Source: the human T2T-CHM13v2.0 reference genome, Homo sapiens
Assembly (NCBI RefSeq): GCF_009914755.1
Contig: NC_060929.1
Length of the DNA: 64,000 bases
Direction: 5' to 3' (one strand)
A model generated the notes under the pieces. That model saw nothing but the letters and a program-made list of their open reading frames with translations, was not told the DNA's origin and made no database searches. This document shows, piece after piece, positions 25,322 through 41,345 of the stretch (position 1 is its first letter; every line of letters starts with the position of its first letter). The translations under genes were made by a program, and so were the position numbers.

Positions 25322-25560
25322 AGCAGTATTATAGAATGATTAAGCAATAAGACTCTAGACCCAGAGATGAGCCACTAAATGGGTGACCTCAGGTGATTTT
25401 TAATCAGTTTCTCAGATTTTGCAACTGTAAAACTGAAATGATAAAACTTACTTTATAGGAATGTCGTGAAGATTAAATAAGCTAATGACTTAGGCTCAGA
25501 ACAGTGCAGGGTACATAGTAAACACCAATAGATGTTAGCTCTTATTGTGATTATTATTAG
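25322..25560 (+). mobile_element. MIR SINE, near full length
   Basis: gactctagacccaga...gtgacctcagg...ctgtaaaa...gtgaagattaaataagctaatg...acatagtaaacaccaatagatgttagc. Confidence 0.8.
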
Positions 25561-25569
25561 TTTTTCGAT

Positions 25570-26312
25570 CTGCCCCTTTTTCTCCATTCTCACTGCAATG
25601 ATGCTTCAGCTACTTGTTAGTTCTTGGTTAGACTTTGAAGTCATTCCTCACTGACCTCTCCATACTTGGGATCTTCTCAGCTGCATTCATCTTACATCCT
25701 ACTGCCAGATTAATCTGGTAGATGGCTAAGGTTTTTACTCTCCTGCTCAAAAAGACTGAACTTAGAAAGTAAAGTCTTTAATTCCTGTGCTTGGCACTGA
25801 TGACTATACTAGTTTCCACTGTCATTTACCATTGCTGCCCTCAACCCAGCCAAAATGGACTTTTTTTCTCTTCTCCATTTATGTACTGCATTCTCCCACC
25901 TCCTTGCTTGGCTTACGGTGAACCATCTGCCTGTATCACCTTCCTCTTCACACTCTTCCCTATTTGGCCAAGACTTACTTATTTTTGAAGCCCACCTCAC
26001 AGGGCTCTAGCTATGGAGACTTCTTGACCCCTTCCATAGTTCCACAAGAGGTAATATACCCTTTCTCCTACCTTTCATACCAATTTATCTGTATGACTCT
26101 TATGTTTCTTTTTATTTATTTATTTATGTTTTAGTTACTTAAATACATTTATTAGTCATTAGTTTAGAGTAAATTAGTTTAGAGTCATTAGTTTAGAGTA
26201 AATAAATTTACTCTAAATTTCCTTCCCATTTTTACTTTAAATTTCCTTCACATTTACACAGCACCTTATTCATAACCAGTGCTCAGTGCACACACACTGA
26301 GTGAATGAATGA
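25570..26312 (+). mobile_element. L2 3' region
   Basis: ctgccagattaatct, actctcctgctcaaaa and a terminal tgagtgaatgaatga tail. Confidence 0.6.
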
Positions 26313-26499
26313 CTCTCCTTGGCTCTTCAGGCCCAGCAAGGGGCTTTCAGCTAATAGATGTTCTGTGTCTTAAAATGTCTTATATGATTTGAAAAAAGGA
26401 ACAAAAAAATTATTATTCGTTTTCAACCAGCATTATTAATTATTCATAGTATAGCCTCTCTGACTTTTTCTAGTAAGAATTGCATTTTGAACTTAACAG

Positions 26500-26665
26500 A
26501 AATCACAGGCTTTGGGAGTCCACATAGACCTTAGAGGGCATGGTCCAATCCCCTATGGGAAAAACTAAGGCCTAGACGGGGAGAGTGACTAATCCAAGAT
26601 ACAGGTAAGTTACTGATAAAGCTGAGACTGTTAATGAGGTCTGTACTCTCGGGCTAGCATGTTTT
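26500..26665 (-). mobile_element. MIR/MIR3 fragment
   Basis: gaccttagag...gtccaatccc...aaactaaggcctagacggggagagtgact. Confidence 0.55.
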
Positions 26666-27929
26666 CTTTTCTATTGTCATAAAATCTCTTTGTGGTCTAA
26701 GAGTAGTAATCAGAGAGTTTGAATAAAGTCCTTTTCAAACTCTAAAATAATTTTCAAAGGGAAACGTAATTTATCATTTATAAAGAAGTTATAATTAGTA
26801 TAATGGCAAATCTTGAAGAATGAGACAATTTAGACTGCAAAATATTTGTGAAACTTAAATATAAGAAATGTTGAAAACTGGGATAGGAAGACATCTGTGT
26901 ACATTGGCTCTTCCTGAATGGCAATAGCTGACTCACACTTTTCATATGTATGAATAGTCGTCTACACACTCACTGCCTTCCCTTCCCTCCATTGCAAAGT
27001 CATTGTTTTTCTCTTTCTCCAAATAGTAACCAGTTATTTTCTCAGAGAAGGATTTTCCTCATCTGTAAAATGTAGATGGTAATTTTTACCTCTTTGTATT
27101 TATGAGGATTTAAGCAATTGTGTCTGAAGCACCTGATGCAAAGCAAGTGCTGGTGATTGTTAGTCCCACTTCCTCTGTCTGCCTGGCCAAGAGATAGCAA
27201 ATGCATCACATACGTGTTCTATTCCCTATTTTAAGACCAGGTTAGACAATAAGAATCTTCGTAATACTTTCAGAGCCTAAAAAGAGCCTTAGCATCCCTT
27301 TCAGCACAACACTTTAGACAGCTACCATCAATCAGATGGAGTTTACACATGAGAGAATGTATTTGTCATCTCGTCCTAGATTATAAACTCATTGAAGGGA
27401 TAAGTGAGAGATGATATTTTCCTCTCATTTCTAAATATGGTTCTGCTACATCTGTCTGCTTAGTTTCCACCCCATCTCAGTCTAGCACTTTGCCTTCTGA
27501 CTTTTGTTTTATTCTGGCTCTAACCATGCTCTTGATTTCTATTTCTTTTCCCATATTCTAATGTGATTCCAAGAAACCAAAATTGTCATTTACTAGGCTA
27601 TAGATATATAAAGTTATACTCTGCTGAGTTGACTGTAGCAACTTTGTTAATTTGTTATTTTTCCATTTTCTCAAAAAAAATAAGCATTTCCCTCCCTTTT
27701 GTTTTTAACAAAGAAAAAAAAAGAAAATATTTTAATCCAAAACACAATTTTGAAAGTATAAAGATCTGACTAAAAACCACAAAAACAAAAATTAAAAGCT
27801 GAATGTGATATTTTGCGGACATTTCCTTATATATCGGAAAAACATTGGTCTGAACATATTCTCTTTTTGAGTTTTGGAAATTCCTTGTGGGTAATTTCTG
27901 CTCCTTAATTGTGATTCTAAACATGTTAG

Positions 27930-28200
27930 TTAATATTGTTCAAAATGATGCAGAGGTGGCTAATATCCAACATTAAATAGCAGTGCTGAGATCCAAACCC
28001 TATTTTGACTGGACCCAAAGTCCCATCCTATTGACTACCGCATAGTACTGTACTGCCTCCCCAGACTAAACTGTCTCTCCGTGCTAGTTCTGCCACTTAC
28101 TGTGTACCTCAGGTAAGTGTTTGAATTTTCCAATCCTGTTTTCTTATCTGTAAAACCAGGAATGTGTCATGAGGGCTTATAGGAAATATTTGTAATGAGT
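27930..28200. mobile_element. Two opposed MIR fragments
   Basis: Minus-strand piece (gctgagatccaaaccc...gacccaaagtccc) followed by a plus-strand piece (ttctgccacttactgtgtacctcaggtaagt...ttttcttatctgtaaaa). Confidence 0.55.
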
Positions 28201-29256
28201 TCTTACTGAGCGCAAGACATGTCCAAAACACCACAGAAATCATCATTAATTTCTCCAAGTGTATTTTCAATGTAAAAAACAAGGAAAATATTTATGCAAA
28301 TTTTCCACTGGGAAAATAGCATTTTATTTCCTTCTTCTGGAAGAATGCATGACCTTTGACAAAAATCTCAAACTTAAGCAAAAAATTGCTTAATAAGCTA
28401 GAGTTTGTCAGACTTAGTGAGAGATGTAATGAAAGATCATTTGCATTTGAATCCCTTTTTTCTTTCTTTTTAATAAAATAATCATCTTCAAATACTTTAT
28501 AGAAAGCTAGGATTTTTTTTTAAAAAAAAAAAACAGCCTTAGCCTGAGTAAATGGTAAAAAGGAATTCAGTGTTAAGTTTTAATTCATTTAGTATTGAAT
28601 GAATATATAATTAAAAGTATACTTTTAATTTAAATGTGTCTCAGGGGAAGGATGTACATTAAACTGTTAAAATAATGTATCTTGATGGTGATAGAAATAT
28701 AGTTGGAGATGAAAGTAAGAATTATTTTTTATTTTTGTCTTAATTGTTACAATAAGCATGTACTAATATTTTCAATAGTGAATATTTTAAAAAGCATTAA
28801 ATTTTTAATTTTAATTATTTTTAGTTTTGGCCCTTTGTAAAATTATGATGCAGCTGAAGTTTGTACTGTGTGTGTTCTGCCTCTTTGTTCAATAAGATTT
28901 TATCACATTTTCCTCTGTCCTTACTGCAGCATGTATATTATTTTTCTATCAAAGTTTACTGCCAAAAAGGGTATGAGAAATTAATATACCCTAAATATAT
29001 AAAATTTCTCACAATAAACCTTTCTGCCTCTCTAAAGGATATTTGCTATTCAACAAAGGTTAAAGTGATAAGGTCAGACATAAAGAGCCTCTTGCTTGAA
29101 TTTCTATTATCCATCGGCAAGAGGGGCACAAGTGTTTGAACATGAGGAAGACTTTCTGGCTCCTTAATGTCATATAATCCAGATGTTGGAAGTGTCCTAT
29201 TTTGCTATATGCATAAATATGGACCTGGTTACTGGACCATATGGTAGGATTATTGA

Positions 29257-29673
<417 letters not shown>

Positions 29674-29674
29674 T

Positions 29675-29927
29675 AAGTGAAACTAGGAGCCATTGCAAGG
29701 GTTTGAGCAGATGAGAAATAAACTAACTGCTTTAACTTTTAAAATGATTACTCTGTTGGGTTGAGACTAGGCTGCAGAGACTAAGGATTGGAAATAGATC
29801 ACTAAGAGGCTGTTGCGGTGATGTAGTTGAGAACTTGCATTGAGTGAAGGCAGTGGTGGTAATAAGGATTGCTCAGATTCTGGATATATTTAAAGGTAGA
29901 GCCAACTGGTATTTGACACCAATTCTT
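29675..29927 (-). mobile_element. L2a fragment
   Basis: ggagccattgcaagggtttgagcag...ttttaaaatgattactctg...cagattctggatatatttaaaggtagagccaac. Confidence 0.8.
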
Positions 29928-31508
29928 GACAAAGTCCTGGTGAAAAGTTTCGCTAGAAAGGGCTAAAAGAAGTGTTGGTTCTAGTCTACATTGTCTTCTC
30001 TTTCTTCTCCTGGTTCTGAGAAATCCTCCAGTTCCTTCCAATTAGTATTTGATTTAGGTCAAATGAATAACATTCTTTTATCAGTATTAATAGACTAAAG
30101 AAAGTTTATCACTCTCTTTCATTGCTGAAAATTGAAATTTTAAGTATAGAATCTTCATAAACTATCTTAATAAAGCTATGATGATTTATGTTCTCTTTAG
30201 TATTTATAGGTCCGTATGGTACTAGAATTTAAGGAAATGTGGTTCTCTAATATCTATACTGCAAACAAATGTCTGCTGCAGAGCTCTGGAAATTTTAAGA
30301 ATGTCTGTTTTTTATCACTGCAGTGCATTAGTATTGCATTATTAAATGTTATTCCCTGGCCCAAACTGCATCAGTGGTTTTTTTTTCCATTTAGGTTTCT
30401 CCTGTCTACTTATGTATGAATGACATCAAACCAATGAAGCCACTGTGAGAAATCTGCCACTGATACATAATTATTTACTTATATTACCCATAAGGAGAAC
30501 ATTATCTGTTTCTTATCCATTTAATTAAGAAGAAAGACTACAGAAGATATTTGTTTATTTCTCCTTTACAAAATGTTTTCTATCTGGCCATGGCTATAAG
30601 ACAAATAAAGGTTTTAAAAAAATTTTCAAGAACATTATTGTACTTTCTCTTTAGTACCCCAGTGGCATGAGAACATTTTGTGATATTTTCTCAGTTCAGT
30701 CAAAGAAATCAATGGCAACCAAGCTGAATGGCTGTAAAATGTTCTGGACAACTGTTAAATAGAAGCCAGGGACCAATAGAAGAGAGCTGGGGATGCTTTA
30801 TGTTGCAAACCTCTTTTAAACAGAATGTGGATAAAATCTTTTTCAAGGACTAGTATAAAGATGTTCCCTTTAACAAACTATTTTAGTCCTCAGATGATCT
30901 TTCCTTCCTTTTCTTCTTTGGCTGCTTAGTAGTCACACTAATCACAATGAAGTCAACAACCTTAAAGTAAGATTTTACTTTGCTGCATCAGACAAGAGCC
31001 CTTAATGAATGAATACAATATAACAAATAATGTAATTGGTTGAATAGGACCTCAACACCATTTCTCCAACTTTCTAGAGAAAAGATGAAATCAACTTAAT
31101 ATGCCTATCAAGAAAAATGGCAAAGCATATTTTTTCTTTCTCACTCTATCTTCTCTTTCCCTGTTTCTCTCCTTATCCCCTCACTCACATGTGCAGAATA
31201 TACACAATGATAATACCTGCATTTAGTGTGAAGTGGTCTTTCAAAACATGACACAATACTCTATCAAGTATAACCTGACAGAGAATATACCAAAGGGAAG
31301 TGACAACTGGCCACTTGAAACTGGTAGATCTATAAGCATCCTCAGACCTCTGTTTCTTTAAAGAAAAAACAGTAACAGACTTTCCTATAACATGCTGAGT
31401 ACAAGTAGTTTAAAGAAGTATTAGAATTGCTTTCCTTTCCTTTCCTTCCTCCAGAGCTCCAAGCAGGGAACCATCTTATGACTATTTCCTTACCAGCACG
31501 ACATAAGT

Positions 31509-31605
31509 AGGGTGACCATATGTCATATTGCATGACTCTTGTGCTTACATAATTATTAAAACTGTCAACGTGTCCCAGTTTAGATAATAAGTTATATGAT
31601 GGCCT
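31509..31605. mobile_element. MER94 hAT-Blackjack MITE (internally deleted)
   Basis: TIR agggtgaccata, then taattattaa...gtgtcccagtttagataataagttatatg. Confidence 0.65.
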
Positions 31606-31899
31606 TTGCCATAAGAGATTCTGATCTTTAAAGGAGTTGCACTTTGACTAAAGGAATGAGCTAAATGTCACTGTAGAGGTTATCAGAGAGGCACGTATGT
31701 GGAATGATAGTCATGTACGGGAACACATTTAGACTAGTTTGACAAGCCAGGTGGTCAAATTTCTGTAGTTCCATGTCATAGAAAGTCAATATAAACTACC
31801 TTTTTTTCTAATTTCTTAACTTCCTTAAAATATAACTTCCTTAAAATATAACTGACAACATCAAATTAAAATATATCTTAACTTCCTTAAAATATAACT

Positions 31900-32400
31900 G
31901 ACAATATCAGCAATTAATTTGAGGCTTATAATGTGTAGTTCTAAAATATATGACAATAATAGCACAAACAACACAAATCATATATGTGAAATTGTATAAT
32001 TGGAACAAAACTACCAACTCTCTTAACCAAATTGACATTTATAGAACAATTCATCTGACAACTTCACAATAAGAATTCTTTGCAAGAGGACATAGAACAT
32101 TTACCAAGACAGATCAGATCATATGTTGAGATATAAAATAATTAAATTCAAAAGATTGAAATCTTACTACAACAGAATTACCTTAGAAATCAATAACTAC
32201 ATGACATTTAGAAAATTTTGAAGTATCTGAAAATTAAATAGCATACTTGTATATTGGTAAAAAAATGAGAAATTTTAAGATATTTCTAATTAAATAATAA
32301 TAAAAACCAAACTAAAAAAATTGTGGGATGCAGGTAAACCAGCAATTAGAGTGAAACTGATTGATTTAAATTCATATTTTAGAAAATAAAAAATAGACTA
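31900..32400 (+). mobile_element. Old L1M ORF2 (endonuclease-region) fragment
   Basis: attgacatttatagaaca...catagaacatttaccaagacaga...aaattcaaaagattgaaatc...tgtgggatgcag. Confidence 0.7.
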
Positions 32401-32442
32401 AATATATAAGTATATAAATATATAAAAACGTGTGTGTGCATG

Positions 32443-33371
<929 letters not shown>

Positions 33372-34121
33372 TTAAAAAGATATATACACATATATAAAAA
33401 TAGATATATATACATAAAGAAATAGAAATATATATGCAAATATATATAAAAATAGAAAAAAATTAATGATCACAAAAAAATGTTCTGTCTTTTCAGCAAG
33501 GATAGCGGAAGGAAAAAGGCACTTCCTACATCCTAAGGGATGGGAAGAGATGGGAGGTGAATTCGCCACAGTTCCAAGCGGAAAGTCAGTGGTTCAACAT
33601 GAAATACACTAAATTAATGAGATTTCTTGTCCTTTGGTCACTCTGTGTTGGAAGGAATGGTGACACTGAGTTGAGGTGTTTTGCATGAGTTGTGAGATAA
33701 TGCAGAGTTCATTTCCTCTCTGATTTATAGCTCACTGTGGAAGTGTTGTCCAGAACTAATTTGGAAGTCAAATGGTAGATGAGCATTGGTCTTAAACCCA
33801 GCACCATCTCAGCTATGCTGAGTTAAGGTATTTGTGTCAAATCATTCGCCTCTCTAGATAGAATAATATACATTCCATCAGATGATACTCGTCAAGAATA
33901 TTGATATGTAGGAATGAAAAGTGTTGACGACACCATTGGTCATTATTTTATGACTGTGAAAGCACACATTCTCTTTCTCTTATGGAAATTGGGCTCTTAA
34001 AGCAACTGATTCATATTGTTTACTCGCATAAAATTGTCTGTTTTGTTGATAATTCTGGGTGTGCTTGGTAAGTAACTGTGTAACTATTAAAACACTTACT
34101 ATACCCTGGCTCTTCTCCACG

Positions 34122-34153
<32 letters not shown>

Positions 34154-34826
34154 AAGGGTTTGCCCTCCCTTATAGAGAAGACCTGCTTTTAATAAGCAGT
34201 GCTTTAATCAGCCTTGAAACTCAGAATGAAGATGGGACCTCTAGGAGGGTTTTATTTAAAGAGAACACTTAAAGCCCAGAGTCAATGTGTTTCTATTTTT
34301 AGCCTCTTTCTAATAAAAAACCACCAAGACTCTCTCAGGATAAAAAGTCTTATTAAATTAATAATATAATTTAATCAAGCCCTAAACATGAAAGTATCTT
34401 AATTGCTCTTCCCATAGAGCAAGTTATGGCTTCTCTTCCTTTAGCTTGGCCTGGCATACTCATGGCCACCTTTAAGGCCCAGTAATGACCGTTGTCTCCC
34501 TTTAAAACCTGCCTCTGTTGGAGTCCCTTGGTTAAGCTTTGTGTGTTGATTTCTTTCTCTTCTGGGATTTTATAGCTTCTACTGGAGGGCAAGAGCTATG
34601 TTTTATTCATTTTTGTAACTACAAGGGTGGTGTCTAGCACACCATGCTAAATATTTGCTAGATTAATAGACAAAAATCAGTAAATATATAAAGTAAGCAC
34701 ATGAAGTTTTTGAAGTAGATTGAAGTGTTCAGGAAAAAAAGGGGTTTTTCTTTTTAAGAAAGTATTCCACAAGCGCTTTATAAAGGAACCTCCATTAAAA
34801 AATATATATATATTTAAAATGATCTA

Positions 34827-35197
34827 CAGATATTCTTGGACTTATGATGGGATTACATCTGAATAAACCCATTGTAAGTTGAAAATATAAGTCAAATGCA
34901 TTTAATGCACCGAACCTACTGCACATAGTTTGCTTAGCCTACTCCTAGATACTTAAGGTATAAATGTGCTCAGAATACTACATTAGCTTACAGTTGGGCA
35001 CCATCATCTAACACAGAGCCTGTTTTATATAAAGTGTTGAATATCTCATGTAATTTATTGAGTATTTTACTGAAAGTGAAAAACAGAATGGTTGTATAGT
35101 TACTTAAAGTACGGTTTCTACTGAAGGCATATGGCTTTTATACCATCTTAAAGTTGAAAAATCTTAAGTTGAACAATTGTAAGTTGAGGACTGTTTG
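34827..35197. mobile_element. MER47A (TcMar-Tigger MITE), full length
   Basis: TA-flanked. TIRs cagatattcttggacttatgatgg / ttgtaagttgaggactgtttg. Internal cattagcttacagttgggca...gtacggtttctactgaa. Confidence 0.85.
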
Positions 35198-35206
35198 TAT
35201 TAATGA

Positions 35207-35499
<293 letters not shown>

Positions 35500-36059
35500 A
35501 AGTTTGTTTTTCTATCTAGAATGAATGAATATGAGTACTTTAGCTTACATGGCATAAAAGGAGCCACCTTCTCTCATTACCTGCAATCATGGGTCTGTGT
35601 CCTAGATGAGTTGTCTCAACTACCCAACATAAGGCCACTTTTACCAGCAATCTAAGGGGTTTAATAAAAACACATAATATGTTTTTCTGGCTTTTGTGTA
35701 GAGTATTATTATGTCTAATTGAGAATTATTATCTAGTATTTATTTATTTATTTAGGCTACATTTATGGTCAGCTGAGTGACTAATGTCTGTTTGACTCCC
35801 CTGTTTTCTCAGTGGAGCTGGGGTTCTTGGTAGATAAAACACCAATATTGTCTGTGATTTATAAATGAGAGTCTTTTGTATTGTTGGTTGACATTTTCAA
35901 TCCTGCAACCAGATTCCATAGCTTCCTAGCTAGGGAAAAGGAAGCACAAGAATGTATTGTGGGGCACTGGGGAAATGCAAGACTGCTTGAATATTGCCAG
36001 GTTACAATACCCACCACGTTATTTTGGTGATTCTCAATGTTCTTGCAATCACTTATATG

Positions 36060-36506
36060 ATACGTGCTTTCCTGATGAGACTCAGAGCTACATAGGAAGT
36101 AGGTCATTGTGTATTTTATTACTATTGTATTCCCCACATCCTTACACTTTGTGAGCAAGTAATAAGTAATTCTCAAATGAATGAATGAATTGGGATAGGA
36201 AATGCACATCGAATGTTATTTCCTTCTTTAGTCTCTCTCTTCCTCCATAGCTTTCTACTTCCTGGCACTAAAAGTAATCTCTGTATACTGATATTTAAAA
36301 AAAAATCTTAGCACGTAGTATTTTCTCTGGGCGGTTCTTACATAATTTACTTTCCATTTATATTGTGGTTATTTAAGAGGATATCTAATCGTACTACTAG
36401 ATTGTCAGTTTCTTGTCCAGAGGATATATTTCTAATTTACTTTTAGATTTCCTATAGTGCCTATGCATTTTCAGCAGTCAATTAGGTAGCTTGTTGAATG
36501 AATGAA
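36060..36506 (+). mobile_element. Two L2 3'-end fragments
   Basis: Two (GAAT)n tails (~36178-36190 and ~36496-36508), preceded by L2 terminal motifs such as ctactagattgtcagtttcttg. Confidence 0.55.
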
Positions 36507-37431
36507 TCATAAGGAGCCTGTTAAAGTGACATTTACTGAGTTCTACTTATTAATATTCAATGAATATTTTATTGGGAAAGCAAGGAATCTTACTTTCATT
36601 TGTATTAAATCAATCCAGCATCTAGTCAATGACCACTGCTTTTCCTCCTGGCCTTGTGACATGCAGAGACTCTGGGGGCGCCTTGTTTAAGTAGGACACA
36701 CTATATGTAAGCACACCCCTCTGTGATTTTCTAATTCCATTATTCAAAACTTCTTTAATTACATTGCCCTTCAATTAGACAAATGTGTTGATTATCACGG
36801 AGTGCTGACAGGCAAAAGATGCTTTTAATTACATATCAATTTAGCTTTTGACTGATCAGCAACAAGGTTCTGGTTACTGGATAATAAAATTAAGCATGTG
36901 GCCCTCTGAACCTTGAGTCCTCATCATGTAGCCTGTAATGACAGAGGTAGAAAGTTTCCCTATTTGTTCCCACTTTGGGGAATATCTTGGCAGTGAATTC
37001 TGTGAGTCAATTCTTTTGAGTCCTTGGGCAACCTCATTCAGCCTGAGATTATGCATGCCTCAACTCAAGGAAAATGCATGGCATTTTGAAATGCATCTGC
37101 ATGCCTTCCTTCAGAGTCTTTTCTGAGCTCAACCCTTAAAACATCTTATATTTGCAAATAGGAGCAAATGAGTTTTCTCTCAGATGGGATTTGGAGTGGC
37201 TCATAGGCTTTTAAATCTTTTTTTGTTGTTGCTGTAACAAGAATGGGAAAAACAGCAAAACAGAATGAGGGATGGGATGAGCAGAATGACCTGTAAGTAG
37301 AACCAAGGGAAAAAAAGTAGCAAGTGGAGAAATAAGGAGAAACCAAAACCCTGGAATGTCCCAAAGTCCAAAGGCATGGAGAGGTTCAAGAAGGGAAACT
37401 CTTGAAGCCTGTCAGTGGAGTGAAGGGCTAC

Positions 37432-38086
<655 letters not shown>

Positions 38087-39521
38087 GTCATGCAGAGAAA
38101 GCAGAGAACAAGGACAGAAAATAAGCAACTTGGTTTGTCAGAAGGACTATTGGAGACCCCAAAGTGTGCCCTTTAAGTAGAACAGTGAGAGGGAAGCTGA
38201 CTATAAAGAGGTAATGAAGAAACAAGTGGTGAAGATACATAAGCAATTATTGTATCCTGCTCATTCTAGAAATGTGGCCATGTTCTCTGGAACTCATTTT
38301 TTTATGTCTGTTCACCTTTCCTTTTGCATTCTGTTGGCCCAGTTTGAGTTATAAAAAAAACTTCTCCTTTGAGTCAGGGAGGGGAAATAACTTTGCGTAG
38401 TTGGGGAATTTGAGCAAGTTGGCAAGGTGGCCTCTTTGACCATCTTCACTTTTAACTTTTCCTCTATTTTAAGAAAATTGAGTAATGATGAGTGGTTCTG
38501 TTTTGACATTAGAACAACTTTTATGGTTTTCACATGTGAGGAGATTATACCTGAGCCTCTAAAAGGGCTTAAAAAAAAAAAAGACCACAGTGACTATAGG
38601 AAGGGGGTAAGAGGAGAAAGCTTATGGAAGCCAGTTGAAAAGACTAAGATTTTAAAGATGTGATGGTGGAGCCAGAGGGCATGCATTTATTTTAAAGGCA
38701 GAGATTTAGAGTTTCAGTGCCTGCCACTGGCCTTGGGTTAGATCCATGGGCTTGCTTGTTGATGCTCTCTTAATGAAAGTCAAGAGAAAAGATTACCATG
38801 TCAGTGGTTTTGTTTTCTTTGATCTTCTGTGGCTGTGTGCCACACTGATTTTGCCTGGGAAGCCCCAAGGCAGTTTTTGTAACAACCCAGTGTTATGTTG
38901 TTGAAGGAAGGTCTGTTTACCCTTTGTCTCTCACACTGCTTCAAGGGATGGAGCAGGGGGAAGGTCACTAAGTGAGAGGTCATAAAGGTTGAGTTCTGGT
39001 GATCATGCTGTGTTATTTGCCTTATGAGTTTTATCCAGCCACCTGGCATTTCTAAAACTTAGTGTTTTTTTGTATGTAAAACAGCTTTAAGAATACCTCC
39101 CTATCTTCTAGGGTGATGGTAGAATCAGATGAAATATGTTAAAAAGCACATTAAAACCAAAGAAGAATGCATTATAAATAAAATGCAATGTTATCAAGCA
39201 ACCAAAGAAGGGAAGTAGAAGACAATGAGGAATTGAAGCAGGGCTAAACATTCCTTCTCTTTCTCATTATCCTCATCCCTATAGGGGTAGCTGAGAACCA
39301 GCCTCCGTTGTGGGCCCCATAATTCAATTGAACTGACTTCACACTGGGTCAGGAAGTGAGGGGGCAGGGTCCAAAGCTGGAAATGGAAGGTCTGGGATTC
39401 TGTGTGGTTTGTACGAAATGCCTTTCATTGGGCCTCACACATATTTAGCACTCAGTAAATGTTTATGTTGTTACCTCTTCTTGTCTGCTGTCTTTCCAGC
39501 CATATATTTAATGCTACTCAC

Positions 39522-39732
39522 ACATAGGTTCAGGCTTCTGGGGTCCAAAGCATATACAATATTGGAGAATCTCTTCAAGTAGAAAAATATAAAAATATCT
39601 TCTTTTACAAGTTTAATCAAGACATTTGGTCAGGTGGGCACATTCTTAGGAACCACCCAAGGCCTTGCAAGTGGTCTACACAAGTGAGGATTCTTGAAGC
39701 TTCTGCTTTGGATGGTGATGAAATGCCCAGTG
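39522..39732. mobile_element. MER53-like hAT DNA transposon
   Basis: ggggtccaaagcatatacaat...aaaaatataaaaat...ggccttgcaagtgg...acaagtgagg...tgaagctt. Confidence 0.55.
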
Positions 39733-40599
39733 TATATATCCTGTTTACTGCAATGTTCAGCAACTTCTGTTTGTGTGTATGTGTGTGTTTGTGCATACAC
39801 ACGTGAATTGGCAGTCTATTCACATAATACGCATATGCACACACAAACTCCTAAATGAACTACATTGTAAGTATATTATTTAACATTTAAAAAATTAAAG
39901 TGAGTTAACATGTTTAGTTTGAGAGTTTTATAACATCTATTGAAATCATTCAAGAGCTTTTGAATCTCTAGAATATCAAATGTGAGAATCTTTGCTCCAG
40001 GTTACTTTTTACTTAAAACTATCTGAAAATTCAACCTACAAATGTGTTGTTTAGGTTACAAAACATTAGGCTATGTTTTCCTCTCTTTAGTGATAGAGCA
40101 GAAAATAATTTGAGTGACTTAGTCCAGTCAGCTGCCTTTAGCAAACCTCATAGATGTCTTGCTTGACACATAAGACACTGTCCTATTTTTGGAAAGGAGC
40201 TCTCCTTACCTTGCTTTGAAAACTAGCACCCGTGTTAGGAATTTCCTCCTGTGGCGAACCTAAAATCTCCAGGGTGTAACAATGCTATGTGAGCTGCCAT
40301 TCAGAATGCACCTGTATATTACGGTCAGGAAGACATCTAGTAAGTGCTTGCTAATTTTATTGTTAAGCAAATTCACTTCTTTGAATCTCTAGTCTGCTTT
40401 CCCATTTTTTGTTTGTTTTGCTTTTAGTAAAACTGACAGAACGTTCCAGCCAGTGTTCCACCGTTTCAATTTCTAGTTAGTGGAATCATGGTACATCATC
40501 TACTGTACACAATCTCTATGATGAATATCCTCAACAGAAAGGATATTTTCCTGGGAATTGATGGTAACATACTGTGTAGTAGATGTCAGAACTCAGTTT

Positions 40600-41345
40600 A
40601 TGATTTGGCTTAAAAATATTTTTACCTTTATTGTGAAAGATATAGAAAACTTGGAAAGTAAATAAATATAGAAGGAAAACAGAAATCATTGGTATTTCAC
40701 AGCCTACATATAACAACTATTCATATTTCGATGTGCTTTATTCTGTTTTCTTATTTATGGACACACACAGATATTCATAGCAGAGAGAACATTTTATCCT
40801 TCTCTTTACTCCACTTAGTAATATATAATGAACATTTCTCATATCACTAAAATTTATCCAGAAACATTAATCTTAATAGATATATGATATTTCATCTTGT
40901 GGATGTGCTTTTTTCATTGCTATTTTCTTTGATCTGGTTCTTTATTTATGTAGGGTTTGCAGAACATTAATAATAGTTTTATATGTGTTTTAAAGATTAT
41001 ATCAAGCAAAACACCATTGCATTCTCATTTAAAAAGTCTCAAATAATTAAATAAAGTCCTCCAGTATTTCTCATCCTCAGAAGTTACTGTTTTTATCAGT
41101 TTTGTGTCTGTGTAGTTTTCTTATGCATTAACACTTATATATGTGAGCATTCAGGAAATACAGTTTTTTTATCATTTATGTTTCTTCATAATTTATTTGA
41201 GAAACCATTTATTATCGATTATTCAGATTCTTTCTAATTTTGATTTTCATAAATAATAACAAATGACTGTACATAGATGTTTAGTGCATCTCTGATCATT
41301 TCTTCTGGATTAAATTTATAGAATTATTGGGTCAAAGAATATGGC
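40600..41345 (-). mobile_element. Degraded L1ME fragments
   Basis: tatataatgaacatttctcatatc, atatttcatcttgtggatgtgc and tttcttctggattaaattt...gggtcaaag. Confidence 0.5.

Noticed and set aside
34122-34147. Isolated T26 run as an extremely truncated retro-insertion
   Set aside because: No TSD or element body is visible, so it cannot be distinguished from a slippage homopolymer.
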